Shown piece after piece: positions 51,867 through 64,000 of a DNA stretch of 64,000 nucleotides; within the stretch, counting starts at the first letter, position 1; every line of letters begins with the position of its first letter. The notes below the pieces were generated by a model. The model worked only from the letters and a program-made list of their open reading frames with translations. It was not told where the DNA came from and did no database searches. A program made the translations under genes and the position numbers. The DNA comes from Geosiphon pyriformis uo1 (taxonomy: Eukaryota > Fungi > Glomeromycota): the NCBI GenBank assembly GCA_016748015.1, contig JAAOMT010000708.1, positions 248,001 through 312,000 on the forward strand, in the 5' to 3' direction.

Positions 51867-53403
51867 ATGACTTTTATCTTACCACCATTCTTAAAAGGAA
51901 ATCATATAAACATGAATGCTAACCGAAGCTTTTTCTTTCCCTCCTCGACCACCTTGCCCACCACAATCACCAACTCTAACCCCGCCAACTCCTACTTACT
52001 CTCTCCTTCACTAGTAGCCAATGCTGCGAAGAAGTATGTATTATTTAAATTTGGTTATGCCATTTAATTTTATTCAAAATTGAAATTTCACTACATATAG
52101 ATTAAAAGGAAATGCCTCACAAAATTTTGCTATTCTCATGAAAAAATTGCTAACATTTCTTTTCGCCTTAATCCTTTTACCACTTACTCTACTTGAATCT
52201 TTTAGGAATACCAACTCTGCGGAAAGAAGAGCAAACCACAATGCCGTCGAACGTGCACGACGTGAATGTCTCAACACTAAATTTCAAGAGCTTGCCCATG
52301 CTCTCCCTTCATTAGCACAAGTACGCCGACCATCAAAATCAATAATCGTGCAAAAATCCTTGGAATTTATTTGTCTTGCCCAACAAAAAGATAAATTACA
52401 TGAAAAAGATTTATACGAGTTAAAAAGCGAAAATAACGCGCTAAGGGGAGAGATAAATCGACTCCGAGAGCAACTTGGTATGGAACCTTTACCACCGCGT
52501 GAAGAGTCAACTCAACAAAATGATGATGATGATGATGGTGCGAAAGAGGACGCAACATCAAACTGCAACCAATCAGAAACACAATGTGAAGCTGATAATA
52601 AAATTTCAAATAACCACAATCACAACAATAACGTGCAAGGTTCTGCTTTAAGCGAAGTTCAAATTAAATGCGAAGAATCTCGTTCAGAAGACGATGATCA
52701 CAGTAACGGGATTTCTGATGAGGAATATGACTTGGAATCCACAGATATTATCTCTGGTAAGACAAACCAACAGCAAGCTATTGAAAGCCAACAACAATCA
52801 TGTTTATACGATAGTATGTATACAGCTTCTTCTCTTTGTGTTCTCTAGTGTATACCTGTATACCACATTATAAACATTTTTAAGCTGTTTGGTTATCTTC
52901 AGTTCTTTTTCTGTTTAAGAGTTGTTTTCACCAATTTCCACGTCTATTAAAATAACCTCATGCTTCTTCAATTGATTTTTTGACTAGATCCAGCTGGTAT
53001 GACATATACCACCATGCTCGAACAAATGAATCAACATCCTGGGTTTCCAACCACTTTTGATTTCACCTCGTTGGATATGCAAGCATCTTTAGATCCAATG
53101 GTTGATGCTTTACCATTAAATTTTGATAGTTCAGGTAAAAATTATTTCTTTGCTCATAAAAGTTTATGATCACTGAATCAAATTTTTTCTGCAAAATAAA
53201 TAATAATGTTTCATAAATTGACAATCATGGTTTGCTATTTTGATTGCTGAATTTTATTTTTAGTGCCTGACGATATGGGGAATCTTTATAGTGATCCATA
53301 TGCTCTAACGCAAAAATTTTATCCATCCCCACCATATCAAGCCGCAATTTTGGACTACGGTCATATTCCATATTCCATGTCACCCGAATCTTCACACATT
53401 TAG
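51867..53403 (+). CDS. Max/Myc-like bHLH-leucine-zipper transcription factor; join(51867..52033,52206..52813,52988..53134,53264..53403), 353 aa
   Basis: ERRANHNAVERARRECLNTKFQELAHALP...RRPSKSIIVQKSLEFI plus zipper LYELKSENNALRGEINRLREQL. Three GT-AG introns (gtatgt, gtatgt, gtaaaa donors) with consistent phases give 1062 nt ending at TAG 53401-53403. ATG 51912 is an alternative start. Confidence 0.88.
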
Positions 53404-55941
53404 AAAACATTTTGATTACACGAATGTTCATCCGCTCGCGCGCGATTCAATGTAATTCTGTGAATACATAATAATCTTAACAACAACAACAACCATCACC
53501 ACCACCACCACCACCACCATAATAGCAGCATGATCAGAGTTCTGGCGAAAAAGGGCTAATCGCGGATGCTGGATCGCCGCATCTTTTTCTAATTCCGGAG
53601 CCAACATCTCGACATCGCGCGCAAAAGTATATTATATAATTGCACCCTTGCCGTTTTTATCTTAATTTTTTTTAAAATACTTAATAGACTTTCACATTCC
53701 CCATTATTTTAAGAGAATAATAGAACACCCGGGACCCCATTCCCATTAATTTTATATCCCTACTTTTTAAAGTTTCCCTTGTAAACTGGCTGATTGTTTA
53801 TCCACCAAAGACAAAGCTTAAAACGATACACTTTGGTCCTACACCATCCCCATCAGTATCATTTCCTCACCAACTTACATAAAATCTTATATTCATTCTT
53901 TAATGTACTCATTTGGGTTGTTTGCAACATTTAAAGGTAATAATGTTCGCATGCAAATTCCCATTACCCCCCCCCCTCCCCTTTCTACCGAATTCCCATG
54001 TGTTTTTGTCTTTTATTAAAGTTCAAAATTTTTATATATTTTTCCTTCATGGTAAATGACTTTTTTAATTGCTAATTTTTTTATAACTTGGTTTTGTTTC
54101 ATCGGCTAATCTTTATTCGAAATGACCAACATAAATAATTATTGAGTTGGTTTTGTATTGTGGCGCGAACTTTATTAAACATACACATACACAACTTTTT
54201 TACATAATCAAACCACAAATCATTTCTTCATATAATCATCATCCACAAACAACTCTCACCATCACCAATACCGCACTTTACATCTTAATTATTGACCGAT
54301 TTTTCTGGGCAATTTGTAAAATGGTCGAGAATTTTTATTTTTGGCAAACAAAAAAAATACATAAAAGTATGTGTATAATATTGTTATTTCTCTGTGTGGA
54401 AAAGAGTATTCAAATATTATGATAATGATTCAATTTTGAGATGATGAGAAGGGAAGGTTGTTTTGGGTGGGTGTGTAAACGTTTGAGGAACCAAAAAGAA
54501 TTCCAAAGAATATCTTTTATCTTAAAAGGTGATATTGGATGTTTTTAACGAGGATACACTGAAAAAGCCAAAATAGGGCGATAAAAATGGCTGAGATATA
54601 CACAAGGAGTAAGATTTTACTGTATTTTTTTTTCATTGATTAATTACGTATATATTAATATATAAGGAAAAGGGCTTTATCACACATAGGAAACAATGAT
54701 GCTAACCCTCTTTTAACTGTTAACGACTGAGAAGTAATAAAGTAGAGCTCGGAGCTAAATTTGGTTGGGAAAATTTAAGAATTGTTCCAATCAATGGTCT
54801 TTTCATAATTTTTGTTGCTTGTCAAGGGAAGATTGCCCGAGAAGTCGATGATGGTGAAGATTTTATGACAAATATTTTTTTAAGGTTTTCCTTTATTGGT
54901 ACTATGTACTACTAGATTTGAGGCTTTAAATTTTCAAAAACCCTTCCTCAGGAGAAACCATCGAAGTGACTTTCAACAAACACATCAAGGACTATTTCTT
55001 TTTTGCCAGTCCTTGGAAGATGATTAAACTTTAGATACCCTGATTTGCTTGATTTAGACAATGTGTTATATAATATTTGATCTTTGAAGTGATTTCACAG
55101 ATATCGGTTCAGTTCAATGTGAAGACCTTGTATCCTAAACGCGACTTTGTAAAAATAAGACCTTTAACCTCAGAGAGTTGACTTTTAGAATGACTCTGTT
55201 TGCTAATTTAATTGCTTTCGTCTTTTGTGCTTTAGCCTTCTCTTTTGGAAAATGTGTTTAAATTGCTTATTGAATAATTTACTTGATTGTGTGATATTCA
55301 CCACTTCATATTCTCAATTATAAACGGTGCATGAACTCAAACCTCAATAAAAAGATGAATAATCAAATTTCTCTTGCACTTAAAAACAGTTATTGCTTAA
55401 ATTACCCTTGTTTTATCATGACAAAGTTTATTGTTAAAGGTTTTTTGCATTCTTATAATCTTATTTTTTTGCTGTAAAAATTAAAAATCGTAAAAAGCAA
55501 TTATTTAATTTTCAACAAATTTATAAATTGTTTACATTGTTGCATAATTTACATTTGTACAACTAAAAACAACAAAAACTAGTTTTTATATGTTTTACTA
55601 ATAGTTAAAAGGCAAAGAATAACCTGAAAATAAAAATATGGTTTTTTTATATTAAATATTAATGTTTTTTTTACTTGTTTTTTTTTGTTTATACTTTTTT
55701 TTGGGCATATTTAACAAATAATATTAAAAATTTTTATTGTTGTTATTTTTAATAGTTTATATTTATATGTTAATTATTAAAAATTTTATTAATTAGTATT
55801 TTTTTTATTTGATTTAATTTAACTATTATTTAATATGTACATATTTATATTAAATACAAATTATGCACTTTTTACACTTAATTAATTATTTAAATTTATG
55901 TTAAAATTATATTAAGTTATAAACCAAAAACAATTATTTGA

Positions 55942-55988
<47 letters not shown>

Positions 55989-56499
55989 TAATAAGTAAAG
56001 TTCAATTGCTATTTAGTATACAGAAACAAACTAAATGGTTTAAGCTAAATGCAATTTACACTTTTATTATATGTAACTAACTACTTGGACCAAATAAGAC
56101 AATACTATGTACTTATACAAATTTTAATCTTATTATTTAAATCAAAAAAAAAGAAATACAAACTGCATTTATCAAAATTAATTACAAAAAACTCAATAAT
56201 ACTTAGCATAATAATAAATATTATATATAAAAACTATTATTATTGCTAAAAAGTTATTAAATTTGTGATTTTTGCATAATAATACCAAACTTTTTTGTAG
56301 TTTTAAATAAAATTTTGGATAAAATTTTCTTAATAGTAATTAGTTTTTTCTTAATATAAACAACAATAATAATTATTAGTTATGTTATTAAATATGACAT
56401 TTTTTATCAAATTATTGCCAGTTTTGAAAGCAAAGCAACTTATTAAATTATTTGATTTTAAAAATTAAGCAAATTAAATAAAAACTAAATCAATTTTTG

Positions 56500-57800
56500 T
56501 TTTTTTGTTTTCTAATGTTGCCTTTAGTGATACTTAAGAAATAATTTCTAATTATTAAAAATTTTCTGAATAAATAGTCTTTATTTTGGTATTTAATACT
56601 ATTTTTAAGATTAAATTAATCTTAATTACTTTTTTGTTTGGTTTTATTAAACTCTAATTGGTTTCTAAAAACAATATTAAATTGTTCTATATAAATTTTG
56701 CTTTAAGTTTTTTTTGGTTATTGTTGTTAAAGTTTTTATTAGTGGTTTTTTTTAATTATGTTTAAGATTGCAAAATATTTTATAGTAATTTTGGCTCTTT
56801 TTTTCTTATATTTATTGTATTCTATAATGTTTTTATTGACATATCTTCTAATAATATTAAAAATACTCTTAATATTTTTGGTATTTTTATCTTTATTAAA
56901 TTAAAGTTTGCTAATTTGTAATAATATGTTATTGTTAATTTTAAAACTTTTTTTTTGCTATTATTATTTTTAGTAATTAGTCTGTATTAATAAAAAAAAA
57001 CAGTATTTGGATCTTTTTTTTTTTAATTAAAAAAAGATTATTATCTTAAGAAATTTTTTTAAAATTAAATTAGTTAAATTTTTTTGGATATATTGTCTTT
57101 AAAATTAGTAATATAATTTTTCAAATTAGTAGTTGTACTTGTTTTTTTAATTCTTATTATTATTAATGCTTTGTTGTTATTATTTTTAAGATTTATAAAT
57201 TGTTAAAGCTTATTGTAATAAAAACTAATATTTTGTGCAAATATTGTATTTGATAAAAAACTTTTAGTTGTTGCTATTATTACAGATATCAAAATTTGGA
57301 TTATTTGTTTATTAAATACAAAATGTTTCTATTTTTTTTTCTTAAGTTGTCTTTTAAGCTTGTTGTCAGTTCTAGGTTTTTCATGTTTTTTTTACAGATA
57401 AAAAGTTTTATGCTAAAGTTTTTGTTTTTTTGGCTTTTTTTGTTGTTGCTTTTTGGCTGTTTTTGCTGCTAATTTTACTATTAAGTCTAAGTTAAATTTT
57501 TTAAAATCTTAGATTTCAAATTTGGCTTTCTTAGTAAAGTTTGTTATTAAATCTATTAATTTTTTGATTGTTTTAATTATTTTCTTTGTGTTTAAGAATA
57601 TGTGCAAAAATTACAAAGTTAAAAAAAATTTGCTTATTATGTTTAATGTTTTTTAAAACTTTGCTTTTTTTTTAGCTAATGTGTTTAAAGATTTTATTAA
57701 TTTTAAAATTAAGATTGAATTTAATAAGATAAATAATAATAACTTAAATATTGTTAAAACTTATTTATTAAATAAAGAAACATATAATTATATAATTGTT
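56500..57800 (+). mobile_element. Second decayed copy of the LINE ORF1-type relic seen at 42.8-44.4 kb
   Basis: 56560-56720 aligns with 42980-43140 (gtctttattttggta...gattaaatt...acaatat...aattttgctt). Boundaries approximate. Confidence 0.6.
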
Positions 57801-58977
57801 TTATAATAAATATGTAGTTTTAAAGTTAAAAATAATATTAAAAAAACCAGATTGTTTTTAAATAAGTTTATTTTTGATTTTAGAAATTTAAATAGTATTA
57901 TCAAAAAACTAAATAAGCAAAATTTATTTTTAACTCTTTTTAATTTAGCTTAGTTAATGTTTTAACTAACTCAAATAATTAGTCATATGTAGAAAATACA
58001 TAATTAATGTCTAATTTAAGTTATTTAGATTAGTATATTATATTAAATAATTTTTGAAAATATTTTATTAAAATATTAATAATAATAAAAATAATATTAA
58101 AAAAAGCAATTTAAGTAATTTATTATAAAATATATTAGTATATTTGTTTAAAACAACAACAATAATAATAAAATTAATATTATATTATCTATATTAATTT
58201 TTTGCTTACAATAAAAACACCAAAATTTGGAAAAATTAAGACTATTTTTACTTATTTTTTTTTCTGTTTTTTTTTTTAAACTATTTTTTTTGATATAAAT
58301 CTATTTATAGTTATAAAATTAGTTAATAATTCAATTAAAGTTGTAAATATTGAAAAAAATAGTATAAAAACTTACTTTAATTAAAATAAAATTATGATAT
58401 TTATGTTTATAATTTAAAAAGCTTTGCTAAATATTTCAAAAGTTGTTGCTAAATTTGATAATATAAATTTTTTAATTAGATCTTTAATAATAGATGTATT
58501 AAAAAGTAGTAGTATAATTAAACAATATTTTTAGAACAGCAAAATTGAAAATAAAAAAAGAGTTTTAATAAAATATCTAATCTAAAAAATTTAAAAAACA
58601 TAATAGTAAAAAAAAAACTATATTGATTCTAATAATTCAAACAATAATAATAAACTTATAAATAAGATTATGTCTAGAAAAACTTGTACTAAAACTTACA
58701 ACTTAATTGTATTTTTTAAGAAAATATTATTTAATAAGATAAATAACAATAAATCTTCTGATTTATCATTATTTATATCTGTTAGCAATAGTATATACAC
58801 AATTATAAATGCCAAAAAAAACAAATGTTTTGTGTTAATTAAGTTATTTACATTAAATATTGGTTTTATTGTAGTTTTTGACAAGTTTTTAAATAATAAA
58901 ATGAGGTTTTTCAAAAAACTTTTTTACCAAATTAACAGTTTTAAAAAAATAATAACTTCTTCAAAATTCCAAAATAT

Positions 58978-59868
58978 TGTTACAGATAATTATTTGAGAT
59001 GTTGAAATAAATAAAAAACCTATAACTTGGTGCTCAATAGCTAACTATGTTGTTAATTTCTAAAGGTTTTCTGATCTAAAAAGTTTAATTGAGTTTTTTA
59101 TATAATAAACAGAGATTTAATTTGTGATTTTCCAAAAAATTTTTTTAATATAAAAACTAATTTAATTTAGCAATTATGCTCTTTTGATAAGCTATTTTTA
59201 AGTTTTTACTTTTGTTTTATGAGTTTTTTATCAAATTATTCTTAACATTAATATTTTAGTACTTAATTTCTTTAATTAATTAGAAAACAACAAAAAAATA
59301 AAAAATAAAATAATAAAATAATAAAATAAAAATAATAAAATAAGTAAAAAATTAGTATCTTATTAATGACTAGAATCAAGAACTATTGTTTTAGTGTGGT
59401 TAGATATTGAGTATTATTAATATTAGTTATTAATAGAATCAAATAATAAAGATTTTATTTTAATAAGAATGATAACCTAAATTGAATAATAACACAATAA
59501 TTTTATTTAATATTTAAATAATTTTACTTTAAGATATAGAAAATTAACTTTTAAAAAAAAATATTTCTTAAAATATAGGTTTTTAATTACTAATCTCTAA
59601 TTTTTGGTCTTTAAAAACTTGTTTTTTTTTATTTTTATTACTATTTTTATATATACATAATTTTTATTATACAAAATTCTACATATTTTTACTTTTTTTA
59701 TGTTATTTTTTGAAAATATGCTTATTTTTAAATATATGCTATAATTTTCTGAAAATATGCTTATTTTTAAAAATGTGTCATGATTTTCTAACTACTATTT
59801 TCTTATTGGTTTATTTTTATAATTTTTTTATTTTTTATTTTCTTTTGTACTTTTTTTTATAAATAATA
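58978..59868 (-). mobile_element. Solo LTR of the same Gypsy group, TSD ATAT/GTAT
   Basis: TGTTACA at 58978; shared LTR blocks (aacttggtgctc, gattc...aagaactattg); no PBS or PPT; TSD 58974-58977 / 59869-59872. Confidence 0.82.
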
Positions 59869-60776
59869 GTATTATTAAAATGTTTTTTATATTTAAAATT
59901 AGTCTAAAAGCTATTAAGTAGCTGATTATAAATAAGAAAATTTTTTTTAATATTAATCTAAAAAAAATCAATGCTAAATTACATTGAAAAATTGTTATTA
60001 AGAAAATTTCAGTAAATTTTCTAAATTGGTATTTAAAATAATACTATCTAAATTTGGCAAAATTATTTCTATTAAGATACAGTTAATTAGTTTTTGGCAA
60101 AAAGCATTTGTTGAGTTTAAAAGTTCTAAAGTAATTGATTTAGTGTTTTTTAAATAGTCAATTCTTTTAAACAAAAATTTAATACATATAGCAAAAGCTA
60201 ATATTAACAAATAGTTGTGAAATAAAAAAGATCACTATTATGTTTTTTTATATACACTGCTAATAAGCATAATTACTCATGATATTTTTGATCTAGTTTT
60301 GTCTTATAATAGAAAAACATATATTATTACTTCTAATTTAGTTTTATACATATAAACATATTGTGTTATTATATGTTTCAATTTTATTATATTTAAAAAT
60401 ACTGCTATTTTTTTAATTTTAGTTTTTAAGGATATTAATTTGGCTTAAACTAAATTTTTTAATCCTATTTGTATTAAGTATAAAAAAATTAATTATATTT
60501 TCAGTATTTGTAAACTAAATTAAAAAATTTTTGGTTAAAACTTAAAAAAAAAACTTGTTAATTTTAACAAAAACCATTTTTTCTTAATATATGCAAAAAA
60601 ACAAGTTCTGGTGTCTCATTCAGTTTTTTTTAATAATACAATATGGGTTTTTGTAGTAAATAGTAATTTAAAACATCTGTTTTTTATATTATCTGCTGGT
60701 ATCTTTAATAAATATATTAATTTTATAGTTTAAAAAAAGTTTTTGTTGTTTTAATATTGGCTTTTAGACTAAATAC

Positions 60777-61534
60777 TATTACAAGTGATTATTTAAGATG
60801 TTAAAACAAATAACAAATCTGTAATTTGGTGTTTAATAGCTGTAAATGCTGGTAGTTTCTAAAAATTTTGAAGTTTGAAGATTTTGGTTAAATTTTTTGT
60901 ATAATAAACAGAGATTCTATTAATGGTTTTTTTTGTGAATTTTTTTTTTAATATAGTAGCCAGTTTATTCTGATAGTTATACCTTTCTAATAAGCTATCC
61001 TTAAGTTTTTTACTTTTGTTTCTGTGTTTTTTACCAAGCTATCTTTAATATCAATAACTCAATACTTAATTTTTTTAATCAATTAATAAACAACAAAAAA
61101 ATAAAAATAAAAAATTAGTATTTTGTCAATAGCTATAATTAAAAGCTATTGGTCTAATATAGTTAAGTATTGGCTTCTATTAATATAGAGTATTGATAAT
61201 GTAAAATTAATTAATATTTTTTAATCAAGTAATAATAATATAAATTGAATAATAATAAATAAATTTATTAATATTAATATAATTCTACTTTAAATTATAG
61301 AAACTATTTTTTAAAGAAAAAAGTATTGTTGTTCTGAATTAATCTGTTTTTTTTGCTTCTAATACTCTTATTATATATACATAATTTTTGTTATACAAAA
61401 TCTTACATATTTTTGAGCAATATGCTATAATTTTTTAATAATATGCTTATTTGTTGAAAACTATTTTTTTATTAACTTATTTTTATTATTTGTTTTTTTT
61501 ACTTTTTTTTTGTATTCTTTTTCTATAAATAACA
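60777..61534 (-). mobile_element. Solo LTR (E-like family), perfect TSD ATAC
   Basis: T(A)TTACA...AATAACA; closely similar to E LTR 7791-8661; ATAC at 60773-60776 and 61535-61538. Confidence 0.87.
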
Positions 61535-64000
61535 ATACTTTTAAGCACTTCTTAAAACCTTTGTTTGATTATATTGCAGATATTTTCTATGAATTAAATA
61601 CATTTTTTTCTTAGTTGTCTTTGAATTGTATTGTAGAAACATTTGTTTTTAATACTGTTTAGTATTAGATATGCTTATCAACAACTCATTGCTTATTTTT
61701 TCTGCTTTATGTATTAATTCTAATGTTTTTTGAAACATTTTTTTAGTAAATTCAAAGTTTTGACTGCTCAAATTAATAATCTAAAAGCTAATATAATAAT
61801 ATTAAAAGATTTAATCAAATCTATTATGAATAAACTAGAGTTTTTTAGTTTAAATAATAATGTAATATTCTTTTTTTATTTTCAATAAATAGTTTAATTT
61901 AGAAAATAGCTATGTGTAATATTAGAAAAATAAATATTTTTATCAAGCAAGACAATATTATTAAGTAATATAATAAATTAAAAAATAATATTTTAATTAT
62001 TATTAAAACTAAGTTTTATTTTTACATCAAACCATAAATTGTAAATAAGTTTTCAGATGTGAAAGTATTTACTTTTGGTTTAAATTCTGAGTATTTGGGT
62101 GCTAATATTGTTTTAATTGTAAATAAATATTTAACTAAGCATATTTCTAAAGTTTCAGAAATTTTTAGTAAGCTTTTAATAATCTATTTATTATTTAAAA
62201 ACAAACAATCAGTTTTTGTGTTAAAGTTATATGTAAATATATTTTTGAAAAAATATTTGAATTAAAACTGCTGTTATTAATTTTCTTATAGCTTATATAT
62301 ACAATAAAAGTTTTTTTGTTATTTTAGATAATGATTTTAATAAAAATAATATTAAATATAGTGTTAGCTTTAAAAAATATGTAGATTTAGGTTTGGTTAA
62401 TTTTTTAGTTAGTAGTTGATTTGTTAAGTTTTATATTTAGAAAAATTCTAAAGACATTAAGAAAACTATTAACTTTATTTTTATTTTGCCCAACTTGGTA
62501 AATACATTAATTAACAAAAAAGTCACATATATAAATAAATTTTTTAATATTAATTACAATATAGTTTATATTATTGTTGGTTTTAGTGGACTTTTAAATC
62601 CAGTTTTGAGATTATTTTACATACAAGCCAATAAAAATTGATGGAAATTTAATATTAAGAATGTTGGTAATATAAAATAAAATTTGTTTAAAATTTTAAT
62701 ACTTAATAATATTATTATGTTTATTAATAATTTTGTTGTTGTAAAAAAATTTTAGAATATGAATAGAATATGAAATATTGTTTACAAAGTAGTTTGTTTT
62801 TTAGTAAATAAGATACTTTTTAAATCTTGGTTTAAAACCTATATTAGTGTTTTTACAAAATCTTTATTTTATTTTTACAAATTATAAATTTTGATATCTA
62901 AATTAATTAAAACATATTGTTTAGTATTATTAGAAGTTTTTGGTTTTTTTGTTAAAAGTTGTTGTTATTTTTTTACTATTAATTTTTAATTATTGAAAGC
63001 TATTAAACTTCTAATAACTGAATTTATTTTCAAATTATTTTTTATAATTTAAACTGTTAAATTTATAAATAGAATAACCAATTCTGTATTAATTACTTAT
63101 ATAATTACTTTGTAATAAAAGTCAACTTTTTTCCAGAAATACTTGTCTAAAAGCTTATTAAAAGATGTAGTTACTTTGTTATAAAAATCAACTTTTCTAC
63201 AGAAATTTTGTCTATAAACTATTCTAATGTATTTTTTTTAAAAAAAAAAAATGTAAAAAAAAAATTTTGTTAAGAAATTGTTTTCTGTTTAAACTTAAAA
63301 TTACTAACAAATTACTGAAATTAGTAGCTAATTAATTTCAAAACATTGGTTAAAATTTGGAATATTTTAAGCAAAAATAATTATAAATTTGTTGTTTTCA
63401 ATGTAGTTTTTATTAGAATGATTTGTATAAATACTAAAGAAGATATTTTTAATAAAGATAAATTCTAGCTAAAATATATTTTCTTAAAAAAAAAAGCTCT
63501 TTTTTTATATAACTTATTATAATACTAATCTATGAACTTATACTTTTTTTTGCTATTATTTTATTAAATTAAAGATATATTTTGGCAAATTACAAGTTAT
63601 TTTTATGAACCATTTGGTATTTTGATAAATTATTAATTATTTTGACGAATTTTTACAAATTTCAGCAAATTATTTAAATATTATATAGTTTAAAGTATTA
63701 TGTAATTTAATTATTATAATCTGTGTATTATACAAATTAGATTATTAATTAAATAGTAATTCAGACAATTTAATAAAATAATAAGTAATAAATTAAAATA
63801 ATAATATATATTAATTAATGATAAAAATTATAAAAATATTTTTATGCTAAATAATATTTTAAATTTTTATTAATAACATAATTTCCTCTTCAAAACTAAG
63901 CTTTATCGAAATTTAAATATTATTTATAATGTTTAGATAATAATTCAAAATTATCAAAGTAATTTAGTTTGAAAATTATTGAAATTTCAGTTTTATAAGC

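Larger units (their letters stand above)
58450..64000 (+). mobile_element. Decayed non-LTR retrotransposon (LINE): ORF1 (~58450-61890, split by two solo LTRs) and ORF2 with APE endonuclease from ~61900
   Basis: ORF1 reads through both solo-LTR sites (SKFQNI|IKMFF). APE N-terminus IAMCNIRKINIFIKQDNII...IKTKF...VKVFTFGLNSEYLGANIVLIV (TxNVRG / ETK / GVA pattern decayed). Ends uncertain. Confidence 0.72.

Noticed and set aside
52138-52848. ORF-track 236-aa protein with a hydrophobic signal-like N-terminus
   Set aside because: The first 23 codons are intron 1 and the last ~11 are intron 2; the spliced model fits better.
53526-53572. SECIS-like ATGA...AAAA...GA motif
   Set aside because: Helix II is too short and poorly paired, and the gene has no in-frame TGA.

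Overview
AT-rich eukaryotic genomic DNA. It is inferred to be an early-diverging fungus (Glomeromycotina; the TE proteins resemble Geosiphon-type families as I recall them, unverified). About 85% of the window is decayed transposable elements; one CpG-retaining island (~45.7-55.5 kb) holds a single intact 4-exon gene for a Max-like bHLH-ZIP transcription factor (51867-53403). The left 42 kb is a nest whose insertions can each be checked by target-site duplications (TSDs). An old minus-strand Ty3/Gypsy element D received two internally deleted non-autonomous LTR elements, C (1247-5186) and E (7791-35987). E's 5' LTR received a pogo/Tigger DNA transposon (11273-35876) carrying captured gene fragments (a TilS-type PP-loop exon and an Academ-like transposase piece). 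The pogo transposase received full-length Gypsy A (14307-34657), and A's RNase H received full-length Gypsy B (21301-31597). This Gypsy family has an unusual layout: an AUG-less Gag N-terminal extension starting at a conserved GTG, CA-NC-PR, a multi-CxxC domain, an Asn/Asp spacer, dUTPase plus a dUTPase-like relic, RT-RH-IN(GPF, no chromodomain), and an extra ~220-aa ORF3 before the PPT; it makes 4-bp TSDs. A further decayed Gypsy copy F, LINE ORF1-type relics, a LINE with APE endonuclease and two solo LTRs fill the rest. All TE sequence shows strongly directional C>T/G>A decay.
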